From Minisyncoccota bacterium (lineage in GTDB: Bacteria; Patescibacteriota; Minisyncoccia; Phycocordibacterales; UBA1550), in assembly GCA_023229865.1 (NCBI GenBank), contig JALNYL010000003.1:22109-86108 (forward strand): DNA of 64,000 nucleotides, written 5' to 3'. The notes beneath the pieces were generated by a model. That model was not told the DNA's origin, ran no database searches, and worked only from the letters and a program-made list of their open reading frames with translations. Both the position numbers and the translations under genes were made by a program. Of this stretch, positions 9,283 through 19,249 are shown piece by piece (the stretch's first letter is position 1; each line of letters begins with the position of its first letter).

Positions 9283-10695
9283 TTAAAATTCATCAAAATT
9301 ACCCCCCGCCTGACGTGAAGCTCCGCCGTAATCAGCGTGTTTATCAATAGACATAAAGGTCGACTTCTCTTCGTCGAAATAGAGCTCCACCATACCCACG
9401 GGACCATTGCGATGCTTCTCGATGATGATCTCGGCGATATTGGTCTTCTCAAGATTTTTATCCATCTTGTCTTCACGGTGAATAAACATAACCACGTCCG
9501 CATCCTGTTCAATAGAACCCGAGTCACGGAGGTCGGAGAGTTTTGGCTTGCCACCACGAGATTCGAGCGCACGAGAAAGCTGCGAGAGGGCGATCACCGG
9601 CACATCGAGATCCTTCGCAAGCCCCTTAAGAGAGTGCGAAATTTCTGTCACCTGGTTCACCATCGAGTCATAGTGCTTCGACGTATTCATAAGCTGGAGG
9701 TAGTCGACAATGATGAGCCCGAGTCCGTGCTCACTCTTGAGTTTACGCGCAGCTGAACGCATCTTCATAATGGTGTTACCAGACTGGTCATCGATGAAAA
9801 TAGGCGCTTTTGAAAGTCGGTCGAGTGAACCACGAAGTTTGTCGAAGTCTTCATCGAGCGAGAGCTTCCCCGTGCGGAGCTTCCATGCGTTCACACGAGC
9901 CTCAGCAGAAAGCATACGGTCCACGAGCTGCTGTGTGTTCATTTCGAGAGAGAAAATACCAACGGGGATATTGTGCATTGTCGCAGCCTGGCGCGCGATA
10001 TCAAGTGCGAGCGTCGTCTTACCCATCGAAGGACGCGCCGCGAGAATGATGAGGTCAGACTTCTGAAAACCAGAGAGGAGGTTGTCGAGGGCTGCGAAAC
10101 CAGAGGGGACACCGCGAAGCTCGGCGCCATCTTTGTGCATCTTGTCGAGACGCTCCCATGCTTCCTCGAGCGTATCTTTGAGGCTCACAAACTTTTTAGA
10201 AACACTTGAGTTGGTTACCGAATAAATTTTCTTCTCTGCTTCGTCGAGCACGCCTTCAATTTCTTGGGCTTCGTCATAGCCGAGCTCTGATATGTGCGCA
10301 GCTGCATCGATAAGTGCACGCAAAATATATTTACGCTGAATAATCTCCGCGTAGTGTTTTGCATTTGTCGAAGAGGGGACAGAGTCGACAAGCTCCGCGA
10401 GATAACTGCCTCCCCCGACGTTGTCAAACTTGCCACGCTCTTTGAGGCGCGTAGACACTGAGAGAAGATCGATGGGCTCATGACGTGTGTGGAGCTCGAG
10501 CATCGCATCAAAAAGCATGCGATGCTTATCCACATAAAAAGTCTCGCGTGTCACCATATCCGCGATGTCATACATCCCGTCAGGGCGAAGCATGAGGGAG
10601 CCGAGAAGTGCTTTTTCTGAATCGATATTTTGTGGAGGGATGCGGAGCTCGCGTGATTTGAATTGTCGCTCGGGAGTGTTTGATTTGCTGGTCAT
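9283..10695 (-). CDS. dnaB: Replicative DNA helicase
   Basis: PPQNIDSE, ARPSMGKT, VDYLQL, LSQLSR, DLRDSGSIEQDAD; start moved to ATG 10695 (10704 also possible). Confidence 0.98.
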   Translation of the reverse strand: MTSKSNTPERQFKSRELRIPPQNIDSEKALLGSLMLRPDGMYDIADMVTRETFYVDKHRMLFDAMLELHTRHEPIDLLSVSTRLKERGKFDNVGGGSYLAELVDSVPSSTNAKHYAEIIQRKYILRALIDAAAHISELGYDEAQEIEGVLDEAEKKIYSVTNSSVSKKFVSLKDTLEEAWERLDKMHKDGAELRGVPSGFAALDNLLSGFQKSDLIILAARPSMGKTTLALDIARQAATMHNIPVGIFSLEMNTQQLVDRMLSAEARVNAWKLRTGKLSLDEDFDKLRGSLDRLSKAPIFIDDQSGNTIMKMRSAARKLKSEHGLGLIIVDYLQLMNTSKHYDSMVNQVTEISHSLKGLAKDLDVPVIALSQLSRALESRGGKPKLSDLRDSGSIEQDADVVMFIHREDKMDKNLEKTNIAEIIIEKHRNGPVGMVELYFDEEKSTFMSIDKHADYGGASRQAGGNFDEF

Positions 10696-10897
10696 ACGGG
10701 TCATTCTAACATGTGTGCAAGACAGACGGAACTTGACGCTGTGGGCAGAACAGTGGAAAAACAGTGGAAACAAAATTAGACCACAAAAAATATTTTCCAA
10801 AAAACAAAGTACTTGAAATTATTGACTTTTTATACGATTTGAGAGAGTATGAGCGTAGCGATTTCTGGTCTTTAACTCACATACGGAGGATATTAAA

Positions 10898-11239
10898 ATG
10901 GCACAAGACGGAGCTATGCCCCAAAGTACGGGGCTCATGATTCATCCCGCAGAGGCGCGCCTTGCAATCTTACACAAGGCTGCACAGCAAGAAAAGGGTA
11001 CGGTGAAGCACGGGAGGAAAATCCTTCTCCACAGAGAACCCCCGCACAACCTCAGGGACGTCGTCGAGAGACAAACCCCCTTGGTGTCGTTTCGAGATAT
11101 CGGGATGAACAGCATTCACGAGCTCGTTCACACTTTCAAACAGCTCGATGAAGCAGTAGGAAGGGGCGACAACGACAGTATCAAGAGAAATCTTGCACGC
11201 CTCCTCAATATCAACGAAGCTCACATCGATCTCACCTGA
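10898..11239 (+). CDS. Hypothetical protein
   Basis: GGAGG SD and TTGACT upstream; fills the dnaB-cysS gap. Confidence 0.65.
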   Translation: MAQDGAMPQSTGLMIHPAEARLAILHKAAQQEKGTVKHGRKILLHREPPHNLRDVVERQTPLVSFRDIGMNSIHELVHTFKQLDEAVGRGDNDSIKRNLARLLNINEAHIDLT

Positions 11240-11271
11240 GACCATTGCGAGCAGTCAAAGAAAGGGACGAA

Positions 11272-11556
11272 ATGACGAACAGGAAAATCCTAATATGCGT
11301 CATCGGGAGTTTGGGGATAGAATATCTCCTTTCGAGAAGGGACTTGGGAGCACCCACCATACTGCTCCGAGACTACGGGGCGCTCAGTCTCCCTGAACTG
11401 AAACTCGATTTTCTGAAACCAGAGCAAACTCCTCGGCAGCAACTGCCAAAACTTCGCCAAGCACACACAAAGCGTGTACAAGACAAGTTCAGGCGTCAGA
11501 GCCTCAACCCAAGAAAAGTGAGACACCCTCGCGGGAATTTCAAAGCCCGCTATTAA
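11272..11556 (+). CDS. Hypothetical basic protein
   Basis: Purine-rich leader before ATG 11272; ends at a terminator. Confidence 0.5.
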   Translation: MTNRKILICVIGSLGIEYLLSRRDLGAPTILLRDYGALSLPELKLDFLKPEQTPRQQLPKLRQAHTKRVQDKFRRQSLNPRKVRHPRGNFKARY

Positions 11557-11557
11557 C

Positions 11558-11590
11558 AAAATGCCGCACAACTGTGCGGCATTTTTTTTT
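11558..11590. terminator. Bidirectional terminator
   Basis: AAAATGCCGCACA/TGTGCGGCATTTT followed by a T-run. Confidence 0.8.
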
Positions 11591-12920
11591 ACTTCTTTCG
11601 AATCTCCTGTCCGTTATTTGTGTCGAGGATATCCCAACCAAGAGCATTAATTTCATCGCGAAGACGATCGGATTCGGAAAAGTTTTTAGACGCGCGGGCT
11701 TCCGTGCGCGCAAGAGCGAGTGCTTGAATATTTTCAGGGATGATTTCCGTTTGTTTCGGTGCGAGCCCGAGCCCAAACACTTTATCAAAATGAAGGAGAG
11801 TTGCGGTTTTGTCGGCAGGGGAAACACTGTCGTCCTTTACCAACTCCCAGGCAAGCGCGAGCGCACGCGAGGTATCGAGATCGTTGCTCACTATTTCCAC
11901 AAAACGTTTCTGATAATCAGCGTTTGCAACACCAATTATTTCTCCAACATGACTTTCGAGACGCCCGAGCGCCGTCTGCGCGCCTTCAAGTGCCTCCCAT
12001 GTAAAATTGAGCTTCGAACGATAATGCGATCCAAGTACGAAGTATCGAAAGGCGAGAGGAGAGAACCCGCGCTCGGTTACCGTCTTGAGCGTCGTGTGAT
12101 TACCGAGTGACTTCGACATCTTTTGCCCATCCACCATCACAAATTCTGCATGCACCCACATATTTGCAAACGGCTTACCGCTGTATGCCTCTGACTGTGC
12201 AATCTCATTAGTATGATGAGGGAAGACGAGGTCCACACCACCGGTATGAATATCGATAGTCTCTCCGAGTGTATCGCGGGACATTTCTGAGCACTCGATA
12301 TGCCACCCCGGGCGACCACGACCAAACGAGGCCTCATACGCGACGCCGTTATCTTCTGGTGATTCAAATTTCCACAGCGCAAAATCGCGAGGGTTCTTTT
12401 TATCAAGCGCACCTTCGACGCGCGACTCAGTCTCCGCGTTCAAATCAAGATGTGCGAGTGCGCCGTAATTTTTTGATTTCGCTACTTCAAAATAAACTCC
12501 ATCGGATGCGATGTATGCAAACCCTTCGCGCAAAAGCTTTTCTGTCATCGCGATCATGCCGCCGATGTGCTCCGTAGCGTGTGGCATCTTTTTAGGAGCG
12601 AGGATGTTGAGGGTCTTGAGGTCAGCGAGCAAAAAGTTTTCATACTTCTGCGACAATGCACCGATGGTCGTGCTTTCTTTATTTGCGCGCATAATCATCT
12701 TGTCATCAATGTCCGTGATATTCATCACATGTTCAACGTTGTAGCCTGTGTATTCGAGCGTACGGCGAAGAATGTCGTTCACAATAAACGTACGTAAGTT
12801 ACCAATGTGCGCGTAGTCATACACTGTGGGTCCGCACGAGTACATTCGCACTTCATTATCATGAAGTGGCTTGAGCTCTTCGAGAGAGCGAGAGAGGGTA
12901 TTGAAAAGTTTTACAACCAT
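11589..12920 (-). CDS. cysS: Cysteine--tRNA ligase
   Basis: CGPTVY, HIGN, GRPGWHIECS, KMSKSLGN. Confidence 0.98.
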   Translation of the reverse strand: MVVKLFNTLSRSLEELKPLHDNEVRMYSCGPTVYDYAHIGNLRTFIVNDILRRTLEYTGYNVEHVMNITDIDDKMIMRANKESTTIGALSQKYENFLLADLKTLNILAPKKMPHATEHIGGMIAMTEKLLREGFAYIASDGVYFEVAKSKNYGALAHLDLNAETESRVEGALDKKNPRDFALWKFESPEDNGVAYEASFGRGRPGWHIECSEMSRDTLGETIDIHTGGVDLVFPHHTNEIAQSEAYSGKPFANMWVHAEFVMVDGQKMSKSLGNHTTLKTVTERGFSPLAFRYFVLGSHYRSKLNFTWEALEGAQTALGRLESHVGEIIGVANADYQKRFVEIVSNDLDTSRALALAWELVKDDSVSPADKTATLLHFDKVFGLGLAPKQTEIIPENIQALALARTEARASKNFSESDRLRDEINALGWDILDTNNGQEIRKK

Positions 12921-13834
12921 TTGCGGAACTTAAAGAAGCCGACGAGAAATACACCAGCGATTGCCATCCCGCTGAGGATTATCCAGAAATCATTTGATAA
13001 ACCAATGATAGGCATCTCGCGGGTATTCATCCCAAAGATAGAAGCAACAAAGGAAAGTGGGAGCATGGTGAATGACATCACCGTGAGCAATTTCATGATG
13101 TCGTTGGTCTTGGTCGTAAGGAGGGAGTCGTTGGTGTCGCGAAGGTCGAGGATTGTTTCGCGGTGACCATCGAGAATCGAGGAGAGTTTATAAAACTCGC
13201 CAACAATCGTGCGCAAGTAGTAAGAAAATTCCTGCCCAAAAAACTTAGTACCGGCGATTTCAAATGACTCAAGCACCTCCTTGTGAGGACGGAGGATTTG
13301 CTTGAAGTTGAGGAGGTCACGATTGATATGCGAAATAGCATTCACCATATCGCGCTCCTTGCCACTAAAAATCTTCGCCTGGATATCATTGAAGTCGTTG
13401 TTGATATGATCAAGCTCGCCATCGAGAACCTTGTAAAGATTTTTAAGAATATAGAAAAGAATGAAACCAGCGTGGTCGCCAATGTTGGACTTGTCGAGAA
13501 TCGAGTTTACCTCAAAAACTTTTGAGAACTCATGAAGCTGGTCGATGTGACCGTAGTGTGTGGTAATGATAAATTTCTTACCAATGATAAAGTCGATTTC
13601 TTGATCCTCTCCGCCATCATGCTTGTGCGTAATGCTTGGGAAGTGAAGAATGAGATAAATAAAATCAGAATAAAGATCAACCTTAGGGCGGAGGGTTGGT
13701 CCCAAAAGCTCGTCCGCGACGAGCGGGTGAATACTAAATTCTTCCATTAAAGAACGTACTTCTTCTTGTGTAGGCGCCTGCACATCAACCCAAACCAAAT
13801 CCTTGTAATTATATCGCGAAATCATTAGAAACAT
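12911..13834 (-). CDS. corA: CorA-family Mg2+/Co2+ transporter
   Basis: C-terminal two TM helices with the FGMN signature. Confidence 0.92.
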   Translation of the reverse strand: MFLMISRYNYKDLVWVDVQAPTQEEVRSLMEEFSIHPLVADELLGPTLRPKVDLYSDFIYLILHFPSITHKHDGGEDQEIDFIIGKKFIITTHYGHIDQLHEFSKVFEVNSILDKSNIGDHAGFILFYILKNLYKVLDGELDHINNDFNDIQAKIFSGKERDMVNAISHINRDLLNFKQILRPHKEVLESFEIAGTKFFGQEFSYYLRTIVGEFYKLSSILDGHRETILDLRDTNDSLLTTKTNDIMKLLTVMSFTMLPLSFVASIFGMNTREMPIIGLSNDFWIILSGMAIAGVFLVGFFKFRKWL

Positions 13835-13916
13835 TGTACCATTTCAATATTCTATATTCAACATTCCATATTCGGCCACATTGACCAGACTACAAACTTT
13901 TGAGATACTACGTTAA

Positions 13917-15146
13917 ATGAAGCAGGTTATAAATAAATCATATCTCATTACCATCTCAGTCCTCGCGCTTGTAACAGCGTTTACCCTTGGGATACAAGTA
14001 GGAGAGAATAAGACGGCGGACACAAACACCCTCGCGGCGGCCAACACTGAAGCCGAAGCAAGGAGTTTGGATCTCGCGCCACTTTGGAAAACTCTTGAGG
14101 TTCTTGATGCGCGCTTCGTGCCAACGACCGCGTCATCGAGCGTACCAACCAGCCAAGAAAAAGTTTACGGCGCCATCGCAGGACTTACTTCTGCTTACGG
14201 TGACCCCTATACCGTATTTTTCCCACCAGAAGAAGCAGACGCTTTCGAAGAAGAGGTACGGGGGAGCTTTGAGGGTGTTGGGATGGAAATTGCGATAAAG
14301 GACAATGTCCTCACGGTCGTCGCACCTCTCAAAAACACTCCCGCCGAGCGCGCAGGAATGAAGCCCGGCGACCAAATCATAAAAATCGACAAGACGTTTA
14401 CAAGTGGGATGACTGTTGAGAATGCGATTAAAATAATTCGTGGACCACGCGGCACGACGGTTACCCTTGTCGTAAAAAGAAATGGTGGAGTAGAAGACAT
14501 TAAAGTCGTGCGTGATGTTATCAATATCCCCACTATTGATACCAAGCTTCGCGATGACGGTGTTTTTGTAATTTCTCTTTACAACTTCTCCGCAAATTCA
14601 GCGAATCTTTTCCGCGGTGCACTCCGCGAATTCATTCAGTCTGGATCTGACAAGCTCGTTCTCGACCTCCGCAGCAACCCGGGGGGATACCTTGAGGCGG
14701 CAGTTGATATGGCAAGCTTCTTCCTTCCAATGGGAAAGACCGTGGTTATCGAAGACAGCGGCGCAAACACAAAACAAAAGCCAACCCGCAGCAAAGGCTA
14801 TGATGTCTTTACTGAAAATCTCAAAATGGTTGTTCTCCTTGATGGAGGTTCGGCGTCAGCGTCAGAGATTCTCGCGGGTGCCCTTCATGAACACGGTGTC
14901 GCAAAACTCGTCGGAGAAAAAAGTTTTGGCAAAGGTTCCGTACAAGAGCTCATAGAGATCACTCCTGGCACCGCACTCAAAGTCACTATCGCTAAGTGGC
15001 TTACGCCAAAAGGAAAATCAATCTCAGAAAACGGCCTCGAGCCCGATGTGAAAGTTACTATCAGCAAAAAAGACGCTGAGAAAAAAATCGACACTCAAAT
15101 GGAAAAAGCAGTAGAGATTTTAAAAGACCCCGAATTTAAACGATAA
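13917..15146 (+). CDS. S41 carboxyl-terminal processing protease (PDZ)
   Basis: DPYT, FEGVG, DLRSNPGG, SASASEI, FGKGSVQ. Confidence 0.95.
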   Translation: MKQVINKSYLITISVLALVTAFTLGIQVGENKTADTNTLAAANTEAEARSLDLAPLWKTLEVLDARFVPTTASSSVPTSQEKVYGAIAGLTSAYGDPYTVFFPPEEADAFEEEVRGSFEGVGMEIAIKDNVLTVVAPLKNTPAERAGMKPGDQIIKIDKTFTSGMTVENAIKIIRGPRGTTVTLVVKRNGGVEDIKVVRDVINIPTIDTKLRDDGVFVISLYNFSANSANLFRGALREFIQSGSDKLVLDLRSNPGGYLEAAVDMASFFLPMGKTVVIEDSGANTKQKPTRSKGYDVFTENLKMVVLLDGGSASASEILAGALHEHGVAKLVGEKSFGKGSVQELIEITPGTALKVTIAKWLTPKGKSISENGLEPDVKVTISKKDAEKKIDTQMEKAVEILKDPEFKR

Positions 15147-15150
15147 TCCC

Positions 15151-15594
15151 ATGAAAATAATATTCCTTAGAGACATCCCAAAAGTTGGTAAAAAATACGA
15201 AACAAAAGAAGTCGCCGACGGATATGGCCGACACCTTGTCTCGCAAAAACTCGCAGAGCCCGCAACCAAAGAGGTTGTTGCACGTATTCAAAACAAAATG
15301 GCAACCGATGCCACGATGAAAAAAGTTCACGCAGAACTTCTTATGAAAAATCTCGACGCAATCTCGGGGACAGGAATCACTATCCATGGCAAGGCAAACG
15401 AAAAGGGACATCTCTTTGCAAGTATCCACAAAGAAGAAGTGCTCACGGAGCTCAAGCGCGCCGCGGGAATCGACATGAACCCGGACTATGTGATCCTCGA
15501 GCGCCCTCTCAAAGAAACTGGTACATACGAAATCCCCGTGATGATTGAAAAGAACAGAGTGACATTTAAGGTGGTGGTGGAGGCACTAAAATAA
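15151..15594 (+). CDS. rplI: 50S ribosomal protein L9
   Basis: MKIIFLRDI..VG..EVADGYGR; GHLFASI; PLKETG. Confidence 0.93.
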   Translation: MKIIFLRDIPKVGKKYETKEVADGYGRHLVSQKLAEPATKEVVARIQNKMATDATMKKVHAELLMKNLDAISGTGITIHGKANEKGHLFASIHKEEVLTELKRAAGIDMNPDYVILERPLKETGTYEIPVMIEKNRVTFKVVVEALK

Positions 15595-15605
15595 GGAAAA
15601 ATAAA

Positions 15606-15638
15606 AAAACCGCGTCTCATCGACGCGGTTTTGTTTTT
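15606..15638. terminator. Bidirectional terminator
   Basis: AAAACCGCGTC/GACGCGGTTTT. Confidence 0.8.
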
Positions 15639-15642
15639 GTGG

Positions 15643-15978
15643 CTACATGAACATCTCCCAATTTGATGAGGCGTACGGGCGCATCATTACATATGCCTTA
15701 TACAGGAGTGCGTGATAACAGTCAGATGTTGCGCGACCGCTAGTAATCAAACGGAGTGCAACCCAGCAAAAATTGTTGCGTGTCTTGCGATGCCCACGAT
15801 GTGCCTTCTTGCATTTGCGATACGCAGGCTGTTTTCTGTAAATTTCCCCAAAAAAGTTCCTCGCAAAATGCAGACGAAAATTATTGTGAACTTTCAAGAA
15901 TTTTTCAAAACTGAGAACGTAGTTTCCCTCCGACATTCGCTTCGCATCATCACCAAGGAACTGAGTTTCATTTTTCAT
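15643..15978 (-). CDS. Hypothetical basic protein
   Basis: Own promoter (TTGACT-16-TATAAT at 16037-16010) and GGAAGGGG SD; flanked by terminators. Confidence 0.6.
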   Translation of the reverse strand: MKNETQFLGDDAKRMSEGNYVLSFEKFLKVHNNFRLHFARNFFGEIYRKQPAYRKCKKAHRGHRKTRNNFCWVALRLITSGRATSDCYHALLYKAYVMMRPYASSNWEMFM

Positions 15979-16050
15979 GACGTACCCCTTCCGTAATTAT
16001 CCTGAAAAAATTATACCAGTTTTGCTTAAAAAGTCAACCAGACATACTCA

Positions 16051-16082
16051 TAAGAAAACCGCCTTTACGGGCGGTTTTCTTA
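16051..16082 (-). terminator. rpmA terminator
   Basis: TAAGAAAACCGCC/GGCGGTTTTCTTA. Confidence 0.75.
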
Positions 16083-16092
16083 TTCCTACTTA

Positions 16093-16380
16093 TTACTTAG
16101 CTGCAGACTCCTTTACGCTTGCTACCTTACGGCGAGTAGTTGTGCCGTCAAAGTTTTGCTTGCGCTTCTCGCTAAACTCCACGATACCATCCTTGAGAGA
16201 ATAGAGTGTGTGATCCTTACCGATAGCAACATTGGCTCCGGCGAGAATCTTTGTTCCGCGCTGACGCACGATGATTGAACCAGCCTTTGCAACCTCGCCA
16301 GCATAAAGCTTGGTACCAAGGTATTGTGGTCCTGAATCGGTTAGGTTTTTGGCGGATCCGCCGGCTTTTGTATGTGCCAT
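16093..16380 (-). CDS. rpmA: 50S ribosomal protein L27
   Basis: [25 protein letters not shown]. Confidence 0.98.
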   Translation of the reverse strand: MAHTKAGGSAKNLTDSGPQYLGTKLYAGEVAKAGSIIVRQRGTKILAGANVAIGKDHTLYSLKDGIVEFSEKRKQNFDGTTTRRKVASVKESAAK

Positions 16381-16423
16381 GGTTTAAATTTGGTAAATGT
16401 CTATAAAACGCCTATAATCTAAT

Positions 16424-16858
16424 GTGATGAGCAGTATACAGAGATTAGCAGAAAAAATCAAGGGCTTTAAGCATTTTGAAGCCCAAAATCTCAAGATTAT
16501 CCCTGACGACCTATTTTTAGGGCTTATTATCGTCCTCGTCGCTTTTGGCTCTTTTGGGCTCGGTCGTCTCTCAAAAATCGAAGGGTCCAGGGCTCCTGTT
16601 CGCTTTGAGAACGTCCCAGAAATAACCGCTGAGACTTTTCCGCAAGCAAAAGGGTCCGCCGCGCAAAACCAAGCATCCGTCATCGGGGCTACGGCAGATA
16701 AGGAAGACCTCGTGGCTTCAAAAAATGGCACCAAATATTATTATCCTTGGTGTAGTGGTGTAAAAAATATTTCTCCTGCAAACCTCACCCACTTCGCTTC
16801 AAAATCCGAAGCCGAGGCGAGAGGGTACACTGCATCGGCAACATGTAAGGGGCTCTAA
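16424..16858 (+). CDS. Membrane-anchored protein with a C-terminal Ada metal-binding-like motif
   Basis: TM ending SFGLGRLS; VASKNGTKYYYPWC..F.S..EAEARGY..C. Confidence 0.8.
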   Translation: MMSSIQRLAEKIKGFKHFEAQNLKIIPDDLFLGLIIVLVAFGSFGLGRLSKIEGSRAPVRFENVPEITAETFPQAKGSAAQNQASVIGATADKEDLVASKNGTKYYYPWCSGVKNISPANLTHFASKSEAEARGYTASATCKGL

Positions 16859-16879
16859 TGGCTGTGCTATACTAAAAAA

Positions 16880-17899
16880 ATGAGTACGATTGAAACCCTC
16901 CACACGCACACCACACTCTCTGATGGAAAACTTTCACACAAAGAAATGTTTGACCTTGCCGAGTCACTCGGTGTTTCAGTGATTGCGTTTACTGACCACG
17001 ACACCGTGCCGACGTCTGCGATTCTCGATGAGCTCGAGACATTTCGCGCGCGCAAAACAAAATGGATCATCGGTTCTGAAATCACTTCATCTCTCCCTAA
17101 AGAACTCGCGCCAAGAGAAGCGACCGTGCACGTCATCGGACTTTTCCTCGACCCCACAAACAAAGACCTTCTCGACCATTGTCATCGCGCACAAAAAGCA
17201 CGCATCAAGAGAATGGATCAAATGGTGTCCAAGCTTCAAAAGTTGGGATTCAAAATTACTGCAGATGATTGCCTCGAGATGTCGGGAGGTGAATCCGTTG
17301 GTCGCCCACACATTATAATGGCGCTCAATAAATATCCCGAGAACAATCTCGTGACAGAAAGGATCCGCCTCGAGATGGCAAATGAAGCTTCGCGTAATCC
17401 AGAAATCCAAGAGAGGTACGCGCACATGATGCAAATAGGGGAACGTCAGTACCCATATGCTCTTTTCCTTTCTCCTGAAGCATACCGCGACGGATACGCT
17501 GAGCACGAATACATGCCCGACCTCGACGAAGCAGCGCGACTCATTCGCGGAGCGGGTGGCGTGGCAATCCTTGCGCACTATTTTACGATTCGAAACAAAA
17601 TGTCCCTCGACGAACTCGAGCATCTCCTCGCAGAAAAAAGAATTGATGGTATCGAAATCGTGTACGGTATGCGCGAATACGGCACTGATGGCGAAAAAAC
17701 AATCATTCGCGAACGAGAAGCGCTCAGAGAAATGGCAAAGCGTCACAACGCAATCATCGCGGGCGGCTCCGACGCACACAGTCGCGAAGATCTTGAGTAC
17801 TACATTACGAACGATTGGTTCTCAGGAGAGACAGCTGGCTTCACTGCAAACATTCTCGCGACAGGACGCGTAGATAAGAAGTTCTCGTCGCTCGAGTAA
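16880..17899 (+). CDS. PHP-domain metal-dependent phosphoesterase
   Basis: LHTHTTLSDG, TDHD, GRPHI, LAH, GGSDAH. Confidence 0.93.
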   Translation: MSTIETLHTHTTLSDGKLSHKEMFDLAESLGVSVIAFTDHDTVPTSAILDELETFRARKTKWIIGSEITSSLPKELAPREATVHVIGLFLDPTNKDLLDHCHRAQKARIKRMDQMVSKLQKLGFKITADDCLEMSGGESVGRPHIIMALNKYPENNLVTERIRLEMANEASRNPEIQERYAHMMQIGERQYPYALFLSPEAYRDGYAEHEYMPDLDEAARLIRGAGGVAILAHYFTIRNKMSLDELEHLLAEKRIDGIEIVYGMREYGTDGEKTIIREREALREMAKRHNAIIAGGSDAHSREDLEYYITNDWFSGETAGFTANILATGRVDKKFSSLE

Positions 17900-17921
17900 A
17901 GTGTGATACAATTAGGGCACT

Positions 17922-18509
17922 ATGATCGTCGCAGACATTGAAGCATCGGGACTCGATTACAACAAGCACTCGATTTTAAGCATTGGCGCAGTAGATTTTG
18001 AAAATCCGGAGCGTCAGTTTTATGGCGAGTGTCGTATTTGGGACGGGGCAAGTATTATGACCGACGCGCTCAAGGTCAATGGTTTCTCAAAAGAGAATTG
18101 TTTGGACCCAAGGAAACAAACTCTTGAGGAACTTATGAATAATTTTTTGAGGTGGATAGAGGAGAGTGAAGACAAGACACTCGCAGGGCAAAATCCATCA
18201 TTCGATCGTGATTTTCTCAACAACTCTTTCGCGCGCGCAAAAATCGGTTGGCACTTTTCATACCGCACGCTCGATCTCAACTCGATGGCATATATGGACA
18301 TGATCAAGCGCGGGCTCCCGATCCAGCACAAGAACGATCGCGCCGATCTCAGCCTCGACACGATTTTAAAATACGTCGGTTTACCAGAAGAGCCCAAGCC
18401 ACATCACGGGCTCACGGGCGCAAAGATGGAAGCTGAGGCATTTTCTCGAATCCTTTATGGTAAAAACTTATTGCCCGAATTTGCAGAATATCCAATTATT
18501 CATTCCTGA
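17922..18509 (+). CDS. DEDDh 3'-5' exonuclease
   Basis: DIEASG, GQNPSFD..FL, DL, PHHGLTGA..E. Confidence 0.88.
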   Translation: MIVADIEASGLDYNKHSILSIGAVDFENPERQFYGECRIWDGASIMTDALKVNGFSKENCLDPRKQTLEELMNNFLRWIEESEDKTLAGQNPSFDRDFLNNSFARAKIGWHFSYRTLDLNSMAYMDMIKRGLPIQHKNDRADLSLDTILKYVGLPEEPKPHHGLTGAKMEAEAFSRILYGKNLLPEFAEYPIIHS

Positions 18510-18594
18510 TTCAATTTGACGGCAATAACCCTCAATGCTAGGCTTCAAGGAGGTTCAGAACATTCTAATTAATTATAAAAGAGGGAGGTGCGTC

Positions 18595-19212
18595 ATGTTC
18601 AAGAAACTCAAACTTATGAAGAAGTTGTTTCCCGCAAATAATCCGGCAAAAATACGGAGCTACGGGAAGATGGACACGAAGTTTCTCAAGTCGTTCCTCG
18701 CGCAACTACAAAATTCATTTTCGCAAGAGAGAGAACCTGATGGCCTCATTCTTCTGATTGACTCACAAGGGGGCGAAAAGATCATTCTCGACAATGTTTT
18801 GTGTCAGATCGAACGTCTAGGACTTCCTTGCATGGGGGTTGTGGAAAACCAAGCCTTTTCATGCGGGGCAGAACTTCTTCTTGCCTGCCAATATCGTATC
18901 GCAAACCTTCACGCAAACTTCGTCTTTCATCATGGGCAATATTTGATGCAGGGGCAAGATTTTCTCGATTACGAAACCCTTGAGTATATTGTCAGGAGTG
19001 AAGTAACGAGACAAAATGCGATGATGAAACGCTTTGCAAGGATAACGGGGCAGGGGATAAAGACTGCACGTGCAGTTTATCGCTCTAATATCGCCATCCC
19101 CGCAGAACGCGCCCTCGAGCTCGGTGTTATCCACGAAATAACAGAAGGAAGCTTATCTGTCGACGATGACAAATTCGAGCCCGTGTTCATCTCTCAACCC
19201 CCCGCCAAGTAA
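18595..19212 (+). CDS. Divergent ClpP/crotonase-fold protease subunit
   Basis: IDSQGG, AFSCG, FVFHH, AERALELGVIHEI; GGGAGG SD before ATG 18595. Confidence 0.75.
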   Translation: MFKKLKLMKKLFPANNPAKIRSYGKMDTKFLKSFLAQLQNSFSQEREPDGLILLIDSQGGEKIILDNVLCQIERLGLPCMGVVENQAFSCGAELLLACQYRIANLHANFVFHHGQYLMQGQDFLDYETLEYIVRSEVTRQNAMMKRFARITGQGIKTARAVYRSNIAIPAERALELGVIHEITEGSLSVDDDKFEPVFISQPPAK

Positions 19213-19230
19213 GGCGGGGGGTTTTCTTTT
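19198..19230 (+). terminator. Intrinsic terminator
   Basis: CCCCCCGCC/GGCGGGGGG stem followed by a T-tract. Confidence 0.75.
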
Positions 19231-19249
19231 GTGCTAAGATAAAAGAACT

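Noticed and set aside
7309-16380. Separation of rplU and rpmA as a novelty
   Set aside because: Simple operon breakage; L27 has the short N-terminus that needs no Prp protease.
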